A stretch of DNA of 63,781 nt, counting the filler, from Octopus bimaculoides (Eukaryota), in assembly GCF_001194135.2 (NCBI RefSeq). It is 5 parts of 4 records of this genome, joined end to end, with 100 filler letters (N's around TTAATTAATTAA, not from the genome) between each part and the next. Parts side by side here need not be neighbours in the genome. Positions count along the whole stretch, not along the records: positions 1 to 19,451 come from NC_068989.1; 4 more parts are not named here. One strand, 5' to 3'. The notes below the pieces were generated by a model. The model was not told the DNA's origin. It ran no database searches and saw nothing but the letters and a program-made list of their open reading frames with translations. The translations under genes were made by a program, and so were the position numbers. This document shows positions 1 to 11,451 of this stretch, in pieces (positions within the stretch are counted from its first letter, which is position 1; the number at the start of each line of letters is the position of its first letter).

Positions 1-312
1 AATTAACGTGCAAGTGGCTGAGCACTCCACTGACACGTGTACCCTTAACGTAGTTCTCGGGGATATTCAGCGTGACACAGTGTGACAAGGCTGGCCCTTT
101 GAATTACAGGCACAACAGAAACAGGAAGTAAGAGTGAGAGAAAGTTGTGGTGGAAGAGTACAGCAGGGTTCGTCACCATCCCCTGCCGGAGCCTCGTGGA
201 GCTTTTGGTGTTTTCGCTCAATAAACACTCACAACGCCCGGTCTGGGAATCGAAACCGTGATCCTATGACCGCGAGTTCGCTGCCCTGACCACTGAGTCA
301 CTGCGCCTCCAC
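1..312 (-). mobile_element. tRNA-derived SINE, family A (cut by window start)
   Basis: Minus strand starts GTGGAGGCGCAGTGACTCAGTGGTCAGGGCAG...TTTCGATTCCC (pol III A/B-box-like head); body matches copies at 17891, 21455 and 54323. Confidence 0.8.
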
Positions 313-696
313 TGGAGCTAATGATTAAATTATAAGTTTAAAAACAAAAAGAAACAAATAAAGGAAAAAGTATTGAAAATTTGCATTTTCCCTGGTACCC
401 AAGTTATAAGTTAACAATATATTAGTATTGTTGGATCTTTGTGATTTGACGGACAACACTTGTTTTCTTAACGAAACACTTTCAAACTTGGGACACTGGT
501 AGAATGTGTCATATAAAACAACTTCTTCTCTTAACCTTCTTAACAAAAAATTGTACATCGCAAGTTATTTCATGTTAAAGTTGTCGTATTTCTGTAATTT
601 CAACCAATCACTGACGTCTATTCAGCTGAATACAGTTAGTACTGTTCGGTGTCAAGTGTGTTATTCCCTGTTTAATTATATCATTATTCCCTAGTA

Positions 697-788
697 AGGG
701 TTTAGGGTTTTAGGGTTAGGGTTCGGGTTTTAGGGTTGGGGTTTTAGGGTTAGGGTTCGGGTTAGGGTTCGGGTTAGGGTTCGGGTTN
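697..788 (+). repeat. Interstitial telomere-like repeat (TTAGGG with TTCGGG/TTTAGGG/TTGGGG variants)
   Basis: Read directly from sequence; runs into N-gap at 789. Confidence 0.85.
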
Positions 789-1650
789 NNNNNNNNNNNN
801 NNNNNNNNNNNNNNNNNNNNNNNNNNNNNNNNNNNNNNNNNNNNNNNNNNNNNNNNNNNNNNNNNNNNNNNNNNNNNNNNNNNNNNNNNNNNNNNNNNNN
901 NNNNNNNNNNNNNNNNNNNNNNNNNNNNNNNNNNNNNNNNNNNNNNNNNNNNNNNNNNNNNNNNNNNNNNNNNNNNNNNNNNNNNNNNNNNNNNNNNNNN
1001 NNNNNNNNNNNNNNNNNNNNNNNNNNNNNNNNNNNNNNNNNNNNNNNNNNNNNNNNNNNNNNNNNNNNNNNNNNNNNNNNNNNNNNNNNNNNNNNNNNNN
1101 NNNNNNNNNNNNNNNNNNNNNNNNNNNNNNNNNNNNNNNNNNNNNNNNNNNNNNNNNNNNNNNNNNNNNNNNNNNNNNNNNNNNNNNNNNNNNNNNNNNN
1201 NNNNNNNNNNNNNNNNNNNNNNNNNNNNNNNNNNNNNNNNNNNNNNNNNNNNNNNNNNNNNNNNNNNNNNNNNNNNNNNNNNNNNNNNNNNNNNNNNNNN
1301 NNNNNNNNNNNNNNNNNNNNNNNNNNNNNNNNNNNNNNNNNNNNNNNNNNNNNNNNNNNNNNNNNNNNNNNNNNNNNNNNNNNNNNNNNNNNNNNNNNNN
1401 NNNNNNNNNNNNNNNNNNNNNNNNNNNNNNNNNNNNNNNNNNNNNNNNNNNNNNNNNNNNNNNNNNNNNNNNNNNNNNNNNNNNNNNNNNNNNNNNNNNN
1501 NNNNNNNNNNNNNNNNNNNNNNNNNNNNNNNNNNNNNNNNNNNNNNNNNNNNNNNNNNNNNNNNNNNNNNNNNNNNNNNNNNNNNNNNNNNNNNNNNNNN
1601 NNNNNNNNNNNNNNNNNNNNNNNNNNNNNNNNNNNNNNNNNNNNNNNNNN
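789..1650. other. Assembly gap (other large gaps: 13354-14227, 33347-33872, 41115-41482, 59291-59604)
   Basis: N runs, mostly bordered by microsatellites. Confidence 0.99.
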
Positions 1651-1699
<49 letters not shown>

Positions 1700-3049
1700 G
1701 TATGTCTATATATATATGCATATGTATGTCTTTATAAGCAGGTATGCTTATATGCAGGTGTGTATTAACTAAGCGTCTGTATGCATATATGTATGCATGC
1801 ATGTATAAAGTGTGTGGACAAGTGCATACATGCAAGTGCACTAATGTGGGCATGAGTACATATCTGTGTGTATGAAAGCGAGATATTGGATTACAAATAT
1901 ATGAGTATAAGCTTCGTAAGTTTATATTGTAACAAGAGGCAACACATTTGACTATTTTTGATCTTTTGAAGAAATGCATGCCGGGAATGTATGTATGGAT
2001 TAGTTTGAGGTTTTAGCTATAATCAGTTTAATAACAAAATAGAAAGCCGTCATTAAAGCTCGCTACATATTATATAAGAGCGCTAAGGTAGCCCTGCATG
2101 ATAAATGAATGAAAGCGATCAACGTTGAATGTTTGCAGCTCAGTGGTGAAGCTGTACAAGTAAACATTAAAACATAATGATAACGAATTCTGCCTCTCAA
2201 GGCAGGAAGCAGGATAGTTATGAAAATTATAAACTGAAACTAAATTTATTTTAAATATTTTAAATTCAAATTACAATAAACGTAAACAAACAAACGAAGT
2301 TTGCTTTTAGAAGCGTTGAGATGTCTTAGAAAGTTAAAGAAGTGATTTTAAATTCTCAATCGCAGGATAATGCTAATACTATAGCCTGAACAGGATAAAC
2401 TACCCCTATTTTGCCAAAAAAAAAAAGTGTAGGCGGTTGGCTTTATTTTAAGATTTATCAAGAGCTCAAAAAATACATCTAAAAACAGAAATAAATCAAC
2501 AAAAGCCATCGAGATATTAAAATTCAGATTATGAACAATTGGTTTGAAGAAATTAAATTTTTGTTCAAAATGGTGATTATCTATCGCATTACTTAAATAC
2601 TTGTTTATATCTCTGTATTTATGTTTTTGGCTGGTTTCTTCTCTCTGGATAAATTTAAGCAATTTAGGTTGTGATTAACATAAACATATTCTTCTTTGTA
2701 ATGGTATCAAATGATTTTGATAGACGTGTTATTCTCATTGTTGTCTCCTATATCTCCCGTATTTATTTACGTTAGATATTAATTTATTTACGTTACACAA
2801 GCAATACCAATCTAGCAGAAAGTCCAGTCCTTGTTGCAGTGTGGTGGCTTGCATGTTACAATAACCGTGAGAGCTTCGCCAGCGAAATCCAAGCTCCAGG
2901 TAAAATTTTCCTTACTGGACAGGTCAAAATATAGAGGCCAGATTAATATGGACCAGCTCTTCCAAGAGGTAAAAATGGATTTGAGCAGGGCCACCACCTT
3001 TACCTAGAAAAAGCAAAGTTACAGAAGCATTGATGATAATTCCAAACCA

Positions 3050-3245
3050 ACACGGTCTGGAGAATGAAGACCTTTCCTTAGGTAAACATATGACGTGATG
3101 CAGTAAAATCCGAAAGGAAGATGGAAACAGAACTGGAAATGCAAGGACCTAACTGGAAAGAAACAAAAAAGGCAATACTGAGTCGAGAACAGTAGCAAAA
3201 ATTGTCGATGGATTATATTCCAAAAGGAGCGAAGGAATTAAGTGG
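3050..3245 (+). mobile_element. Degenerate RTE-type LINE 3-prime end fragment
   Basis: Translation PNWKETKKAILSREQ*QKLSMDYIPKG resembles the RTE C-terminal W..A..R..W pattern; stops present. Confidence 0.4.
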
Positions 3246-3259
3246 ATAAGCAGGTAGTA

Positions 3260-3621
3260 GGGGAGACCGGGTCTAGTTGTTACACGGGTAAATTGTTACA
3301 AGCCCATTGTTTCCAGCTTCAAGAAATAGGTGGCACTCGGGTCTCTACCTCGTGAAGGCCAACTCTATAGCATCATGACTGCATATGTGTGTTGCACCGA
3401 CGGGCTGTCACCAGGAAAGGTATGGCTCAAAAAACGATTTTTTACTCCAAAAGTGAAATTTTGCCGCAGAGTTATTTCCTTAACTACTAAAGCACAAGTG
3501 GTGCTACTGAAGTAGTTTGTGGCCCATTAAGAAGTGTTGGAAGTTGCTTTCGATACATGAATGTGTGTCCTGGATACCATGCATTACTAGTGCTGTGTAC
3601 GAGGTAATATCCGGTCTCCCC
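3260..3621. mobile_element. Tc1/mariner-type MITE
   Basis: TA|GGGGAGACCGG...CCGGTCTCCCC|TA: terminal inverted repeats with TA duplication, no ORF. Confidence 0.75.
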
Positions 3622-4454
3622 TACTTGTTCAAACTCAAATTCCATCCAGATCAACTTTGCTTTTCGTTCTCTCAGAGTCGAGAAAAAAGTCTAATCAAAC
3701 GCAGTGGATTGACGGTACTGTAATAATCCTTTCTACTATAGGTACAATGCCTGAACGGTACTTGCATATGTTTCTGTTCTTGACCTTCTGGTTTCAAATC
3801 CCGCTATGGCCTCTTCAAATTAACCTTACCCTAATTAAATTATTATAAATGACTTGAGATACTCGTCCTGCCTTGGTTTTTCTGTCATTTTCCTCTAATG
3901 TAATCTGCTAACACAGAAGCCTAATATGGAGCCCTAGCTCCAGCCTCAGCTGTGAACTTGGGACTTAACGGATGACCAGTTATAGCACTTACTCAGCATA
4001 CTTATTTGTTTAGATCACCAGTGTACTAAACCCCTCATATCTTCTGTGTGTGTGTGTGTGTATGTGTTTAGACATACACGTATATGTATGTTTATATGCA
4101 AGAAACTGTGTACATAAAATAAAAAATCTTTTTATAACAGTTAAAATAATTTATTAAAATGAAAGTCATCTTTTTTGTTAAATAATTCATCTAAATCAGT
4201 TAATTAATAATTAATAATACATTAATTAATAATTTAGCGATGTAGGCGTCCACCCAAAACAGAGATCTAAATTCTTTCTTCTTCACTAATTGATTAGTTC
4301 AACTAATTTAACTAATAATTTATCATATTTAATTAACGATTTAAATGATCATTTAAGTTTAATAATAAAAAATTTTAGTTAATTCAATCAAATAATTAAT
4401 ATATTTGATAAACTTAATTTCATTATTTTAATTTATTAATCAGGCAAAGTGCAT

Positions 4455-4625
4455 AGCGGCATTTCGTTCGACCTCACGTTCTATGTTCAAATTCCACCGA
4501 GGTCGACTTTATCTTTCATCCCTTCGGGGTTGATAAAACGAGTACCAATTGAATACTGAAATTGATTTAATCAGCTTAGCTCTCCCCTAAAATTGCTGGG
4601 ACTGTGCCAAAATTTGAAACCAATA
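4455..4625 (+). mobile_element. SINE family B, partial
   Basis: GAGGTCGACTTTATCTTTCATCCCTTCGGGGTTGATAAAACGAGTACCA central domain shared with the other family B copies. Confidence 0.75.
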
Positions 4626-4989
4626 CAACTGTCAATGTAACTTAATTATCAGAATACTAAAGTAATCTCATTTTATCAATAACTTATCTAATTTCACTAA
4701 ACTACTCTTTTCTCTTTCATCAAGTGTTTTACCTCTGGTTGTCATCCGGTGCTCTTCTGACGGCTGCTAATTGAATTAGTTAAAATGCAAACTTTCAAAA
4801 AAAACAGTAAAGATTAGTTTGATAGTCTGATAAGTTCATATTTATTTATTTATGTGAAGAGAAGGAAAGTTGAATCAATGTTGTTTGATGCCTGAAATGA
4901 AATTATCTAGATTGCCATTTATAGGGATAAACTTACAAGTGAGACAGGAGATTTCAAATGGTTGCCCTTCTCTGAAAGAATCATTAATA

Positions 4990-5103
4990 ACGTAATCAAA
5001 ATTTGGGCATATGATTGATAACTGATGACGTAATCAATATTTTGAAACATGATCAATAGTTGGTGACGTAATCAATACTTTGGGACATGATCAGTATTTG
5101 ATG
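4990..5103. repeat. 38-bp minisatellite, three units
   Basis: ACGTAATC recurs at 4990, 5028 and 5066. Confidence 0.8.
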
Positions 5104-5201
5104 ATTAATGATTGTAAGTATATCTATTATCAGAGTATAACAGCAACTTCTATGTCAATCGACATATACTCTTTTTTGATTTCTATTTAGTGTAACATTA
5201 G

Positions 5202-5407
5202 TTTCAAGTTTTGGCACAAGACCAGGAATTTATGGGGATAAGGTAAGTCGATTCCATTGGCCCCAATGTTCAACTGGTACTTATTTCATCGATCCAGAAA
5301 GGATGAAAGACAACGTCTACCTCGACAGAATTTGAACTCAGAATGTAAAGATAGACGAAATGCCGTTAAGCATTTTACCCGGCGTGCTAACGATTCTGCC
5401 AGCTTGC
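5202..5407 (-). mobile_element. SINE family B
   Basis: Reverse complement of the GGCGAGCTGGCAGAATCGTTAGCACGCCGGG head plus central domain. Confidence 0.85.
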
Positions 5408-5520
5408 GGCCTTTATTTACTGTAATACTAATATTAATTAGTTAATACTAATATTAATTAGTTAACATATACCTTCCCAAACTGCACATACTGATTTCCA
5501 TTTGCTGTAACATCGATATT

Positions 5521-5766
5521 ACTCTTTTACTCTTTTACTTGTTTCAGTCATTTGACTGCAGCCATGCTGGGGCACCGCCTTTAGTCGAGCAAATCGACCT
5601 CAGGACTTACTCTTTGTAAGCCTAGTACTTATTCTATCGGTCTCTTTTGCCGAACCGCTAAGTGACGGGGGACATAAACACACCACCATCGGTTGTCAAG
5701 CGATGTTGGGGAGGACAAACACAGACACACANNNNNNNNNNNNNNNNNNNNNNNNNNNNNNNNNNN

Positions 5767-5797
<31 letters not shown>

Positions 5798-5903
5798 TTA
5801 TATAGGACGGGCTTCTTTCAGTTTCCGTCTACCAAATCCACTCACAAGGCTTTGGTCGGCCCGAGGCTATAGTAGAAGACACTTGCCCAAGGTGCCACGC
5901 AGT
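5521..5903 (-). mobile_element. CORE-type SINE family C (OR2-like), 5-prime truncated
   Basis: Minus strand GCGTGGCACCTTGGGCAAGTGTCTTCTACTATAGCCTCGGG resembles the CORE domain; tail GAAACAAGTAAAAGAGTAAAAGAG. Confidence 0.8.
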
Positions 5904-6655
5904 AATAAATAAATAAATAAATAAGAATAAAGCTTTCCCAAATTGTACCAACTGGTTTCTGTTTCCTGTAACATTGGCGTCAGGATCAACAACAATAACG
6001 AGTTTATTTTTTACATTCGAATGTTATGTCAAATTCTATCATTTTCTATCTGAGCAGCCATCCCACAGACAGTATTATTGAAAGTTTCAGCATATAACGT
6101 CATCTCTCAACTAGTTGACATATGAAGCAGTAGTTGATGATATATCTTCCACGTTATATCTTTCCATTATCCGTTTCATGTAACAGACACATTATCACTA
6201 TGCACAGAGGCTTTTCTCTCTCGTACATTCACGAAATAATTTAGTAGATTTTTTTTTTAATGTTTAGGCTTAGCGAAGGTGCATAGCTCAAAATGTGAAT
6301 TGATACCGCTGGTTAATCTACGATAAGCTGATTTGCTTTCTTATATTGATGTAATTATCCGTCTTATAGGATAATAAACAATGTAAAACATTAGTTGCAG
6401 CCCATGTTGGTAAAAACCAGTTCAACGAACTTCAACAAATTAAATATGATGAGGCGAGAATCTGAATTATGGGCCTGACATATCCTTATACGACTAATAA
6501 GCAACATTCAAAATTTGATCTTAAACTTCTTCACTTCGTATTCCGATGGTTGGTGAGGAAATTGACAGTGGCAATCAGTAGCATTCTTCAAGGGATATTT
6601 TTCGAACGTTTAATCAAATACCGCAAACATCGGTGCCAATATTAGTACTAGGAAA

Positions 6656-6866
6656 AGCGGCGAGCTGGCAGAATCGTTAGGATGTCGAGCAAAATGCTTA
6701 GCGGTATTTCATCTGTCTACGTTCCGGGTTCAAATTCTGCCGAGGTCGACTTCGCCTTTCATCCTTTCGGGGACGATAAAATAAGTACCAGTTAAGGACT
6801 AGGGTCGACGCAATCGACTTACCCTCTGCCCCCAAATTACTGTGCTTGTGCCAAGATTTGAAACCA
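6656..6866 (+). mobile_element. SINE family B, full length
   Basis: Complete head and central domain; TATTAGTACTA repeated on both sides (possible TSD). Confidence 0.85.
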
Positions 6867-8000
6867 GTATTAGTACTACAAGGCTGTTGCTCCATTTTGA
6901 ATCCTAACATAATAATTATTAGTTATTCTAGTCGTATTGCCCAACGATCTTATAGAGAACATTATTAATCTGTCCTAAGGTTTTATTTGATTTACAAATA
7001 TAAATGATATAAAGGTTATTGATAGTTTAACTGTCGCTTATGTGAAATCTTTTTCTGGACAGATTCCATTTGCAGTTCAGTGAAAACGTTTCTACTAGTT
7101 TAAATTGTTTCCTCGCTCCATTTTATTATTGATAAATTTTCAAGTCGTCAATGAAAATGTCTAGTCTAACATCAATGTCTTTTGTTATTAAGGAGCTTAT
7201 TTCCTTGAAAGCAACGACAGGAGCGTTTTTGTGCCAAAACAGACAATAACACGGCTATTTTCTCGGAATATTTCCCATTTAAGTTTTATAGTGTTGGAAG
7301 ATGATTGCTAGTTTTTCTATACTCAACAATAGAATGAACGACCTAATTTTGTAAAACCTTGAAATGCTTGGTATTTCGGTAAATTAAGATGATTCTGGTA
7401 ATCATGGATGATGGACTAAATAAAAAATCCTCTTTATCGTGCAGTGTCTTATTGCCTCAGCGATTACGTTTATATTGATAAAAAGTTGTCCAACACAGAC
7501 CCATATCCCCTTATCCACCAGCTGTTCGTCATTGATTATCTTGTTGGATTGCCAATGATCCCAGGAAATCTGATTAAGACAGCTTCTGTGTAATTTATAC
7601 ACGATTTAAAAAAATATCGTTACAATATAGCTCTCCAGCAAAATTGTCTTTTTACGCCGTCAAAAGAAATTATTACCATTGTCATGATATTCTTTGCTTC
7701 TTTTGTGATGTCTGGCATAGAAGAGAGTAACGTTTCCAGTTCAACTAGTCCGCGATTTGGTTTCGATTCTCGCTTGTAACTATTTTCAGTTCTTCATGCT
7801 AGCTGATATTTTTCGAAAAGTAAAACGGTACGACATAGGCTTGCATATGGCATATGGCTATGTAGCTCAGCAGTTTTTAACGCTGTGCTTCCGGGTTCAA
7901 GTCTACTGCGCAGTACTTCGGTTAAATGTCTTCAACCATAAATTCGGGCTGAAGAATGTCTTGTGGATGGAATTTGGTTGGTAGAAACAGTACGGAAGGC

Positions 8001-8228
8001 GGGGAGCTGGCAGAATCGTTAGCACGCTGGGCGAAATGCTTAGCGGTATTTCGTCTGTCGTTACGTTCTGAGTTCAAATTCCGCCGAGGTCGACTTTGCC
8101 TTTCATCCTTCCGGGGTCGATAAATTAAGTACCAGTTAATGACTGGGGTCGATGTAATCGACTTAATCCCTTTGTCTGTCCTTGTTTGTCCCCTCTATGT
8201 TTAGCCCCTTGTGGGCAATAAATAAATA
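8001..8228 (+). mobile_element. SINE family B variant nested in an older family C SINE
   Basis: AGAAACAGTACGGAAGGC duplicated at 7983-8000 and 8229-8246; degenerate CORE-like SINE at ~7840-8000. Confidence 0.8.
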
Positions 8229-8248
8229 AGAAACAGTACGGAAGGCTG

Positions 8249-8290
<42 letters not shown>

Positions 8291-9170
8291 TGAATAGTGT
8301 AAGGTGTGAATTCAGAGAATCGTGCGGCTATGACAGAAAGTTCATCATACGGACTCAACTATCAGTCCAAACGATAATAAATTACAAAACGTGTGATGTA
8401 GAGTATCCGTGTAACGGAAAATCCGAAAAATTCAGAAAATCCAAGCGATAAAATTATTTCATGGGATGTATATTAAAAACATAAAGTCAGGAAGCATAAG
8501 AGGTGAATATATATTTCTATCTAACCACATAACTTCTATAGGATTACAGCCGTTTCGCAACTTTCTTCATGTAATATTAACTTCGGTATGTAAAAAATTC
8601 TACATACGTTTGTATTAATATGCATGCTCAGCATTACGCAATATAATTTTCATATTCACAAATTAATGCATATAGAATGAAGAAAAAACAACACGTCAGA
8701 TTATCGGAACATTTTATATATATATGGAGGGTTATGATTGTATTTCCATTATTGTATAGTCATTATCTAATTTATAAATCTGAATTTATTTAGTCTGAAA
8801 CAAAAAGAAGACACACTAAGCTTTCATAATGATGCATAATTTTCATATCTTATCACATTTATTGATAGTTATTACTTCGGTTGCATTAAGTTTGGGACAC
8901 CCTGTGTATCTGTGTGTATGTTTGTGTGTATGTGTGTGCGTGTGTATGCGTGTGTGTGTATGCGTGTATGTATGTATGTATGTATGTATGTATGTATATA
9001 TATATATAAAAACAAAAGTAAATGAGTATATGCATATATACGTACAGGTATGTGCATACCGACATCCACCTGTATGTATAGGTGCATATCTGGGTACAGG
9101 ACATTGCAAACAAACGTAGACGAGAACACACGAGCCACATAGAGAACATTCTACTTCATCAGCTACCCAC

Positions 9171-9201
<31 letters not shown>

Positions 9202-10809
9202 TCAGAATTGTAATCCTTGGATTTTTAAACGTGGGATTTTTTTAAAATATCGAAAAAAGTTTGAAACAAAAAAGAGTAGGATTGAATAGTTTAAAAGGCT
9301 TGTTTGTTGGTTGCTTGGTTGGTTGGCTGGCTGGTTGGCTGGTTGGTCGGTCGGTCGGTCGGTTAGTGTGTCTGTGTGTGTGTGTGCATGAATGCACCTA
9401 TCGTTATCTCCGTTGTTGAAAACGTGACAATTCGAAGAAAATTTTGAAAAAAAAAATTGATGGCTGGGGTGCCTATTCGACATGTCCACCGGGATATTGC
9501 CGAACAGAATCAATATTTTCCACTTTTGTTTTGTAATCACAAGCCGAAATAATGCTAAAATATCAAATTTCTTGTCCGTCTAAGAAGCATTTATTACCAC
9601 AGTCTGTTTGAAGGTAGAAAATCTGGAGCGAAACTTTGTGCGATTAGATCACAAAAAAGTCGACCAATCAGGGGGAAAATTCTCCCGCGGAGAGATCTAC
9701 ACAACAATAACTACAAATATACACCATTGACAAAACTTGTCCAAACTCATGTCGTTTAACACTATGCGTATGAATCACTCACTGTTTTATTTATTTTTTC
9801 GCTTTATTTCGTTTCGTTCTGTTTGTTAGTTAAACCATGTGCAAATAAAGTGGAGAAAAGAACAATGAGAAAATCACCACTTCTTTTTATCTTTCTACCT
9901 TTCTAGATAGTTTATAGACAGTAATTGGCTACATATTTATTCCATGATACTATTTTGCAAAGAAATTATTAATGGTTTCTGATTAAGGCAAAATGCTAGC
10001 AATTTTTTTTGGCGGTGGGGGAGGAGTTAGTCGATTTCATCAATCCCAGTACTCGACTGGGCCTTAATTTTATCAACCCCGAGAAGATGAAAGGCAAAGT
10101 TGAGTTTGGTGTATAACAACTCAATCAAGTCATCACTCTATTATAGACAAATTATTAATACAGTATATCATTTCTCATGTTTATATCACCTAAATTAATA
10201 AATGTAATGCCAGGAATTAGAGATGAGCTGGCTCAATCATCTTAAATCCAATAATTTTGATTTAAGCTTGATTTTTACCAATCAACAATTATATGAATTA
10301 ATGAATGTAATACCAGGAATTACAAATTAACTGGTTCAATTATCTACTTATTATTTAACTTCCTTAAGAAAATAGTAGTTTGCTTGTTTTTTATGTCGTG
10401 CATTTGTAAACAATAGTGTTGTTTGGTTACACCTGTACTTAACAAAAATTGTGAGACCAAAGAGTAATCTGATAATTAAGAAAAATAAAGTGAATTTAAA
10501 AGAGTAGCATCTGGTCAGTTCAAGCTCATGAATGCTATTATTTTCATGCAAAGTAATAAAATCTATTACAGGGTTATGTCGTCGAACATTAAGTCATGCC
10601 CCCACCAGGCTATCCTAGTGACGAGGGCCGCTAGAAATGTAGTAGAGAACAGAACGATACCTTGTAGGTCATAGAGATTATTGTAAAAAAAATACTGGGC
10701 GGTAGACTTAACCTTGGGTGGTGAACTTAATCTTGAGTGGTTGATTTAATCTTGGGTAGTTTTTCAGTTAAGATATCACCATCTAGCATCTTGGGTACCT
10801 TTCGCAGAG

Positions 10810-11378
10810 TCCACGCTGATGCAAGCACTTCAGAGTAGGTCTCTGGTTTGAGGATAGTTCCCTCCCTCCCCTCTCTCCCCCTCATCCATCAAAGAGGCAT
10901 TGTAAAGGGTCATGGACATTGCTTTGTGTGTCGTTAACCACTGGAAAAGGCGTTTACCTGGGTTTAAAATGTAGTAACACAGTTCTGTAAAGAACATCCA
11001 TGTTATAGTAGCAAAAAAATGTTACCGTCTAGTATTGTTACTACTTATATCTCGTTTAGAGATTTTAGAACTAGCTACTTCGCTCGTTACGAGATCAGCG
11101 GCTGCCTGTCGCTTCTATGTTTATATATTGTGAGTAGGGCCGATTGACTGCCATCTCTAGCAGGCAGCTATCTAGTGCCGATGACGAGTAAAGATCTAGA
11201 AACCATGGTCTTCTGGTTTTGCCAAGCTGGAGGGGCGTGATTCGCTCCCTCACTCACAATATACTGGACACAGGTTGTGTGTCGTTAACTAGCTGGAAAA
11301 GACGTTTTCCTGGAGTTAAAATGTAGCAACACAGTTCTGTATAGAACAGACATGTTATAGTGGCATAAAAATGTTATA
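10810..11378 (+). repeat. ~351-bp tandem repeat (about 1.6 units), retrozyme-like
   Basis: TGTGTGTCGTTAAC at 10925 and 11276 (period 351); collinear homology to the flanks of the Tx1-like LINE at 25846-26125 and 31463-31729. Confidence 0.75.
11163..11223 (+). ncRNA. Degenerate type I hammerhead ribozyme
   Basis: CCGATGA (11178; U4C variant of CUGANGA)...GAAAC-CATG-GTC (11199-11210); stem I GGCAG../..TTGCC; stem II poorly paired. Confidence 0.55.
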
Positions 11379-11398
11379 TATGTGTGTGTGTGTGTGTG

Positions 11399-11451
<53 letters not shown>

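Noticed and set aside
5022-5054. CTGATGA...GAAAC within the 38-bp minisatellite
   Set aside because: No stem II or stem I pairing and no valid stem III; likely chance.
10705-10765. Three ~20-bp repeats (CRISPR-like spacing)
   Set aside because: Directly tandem with no unique spacers, eukaryotic context, no cas genes.
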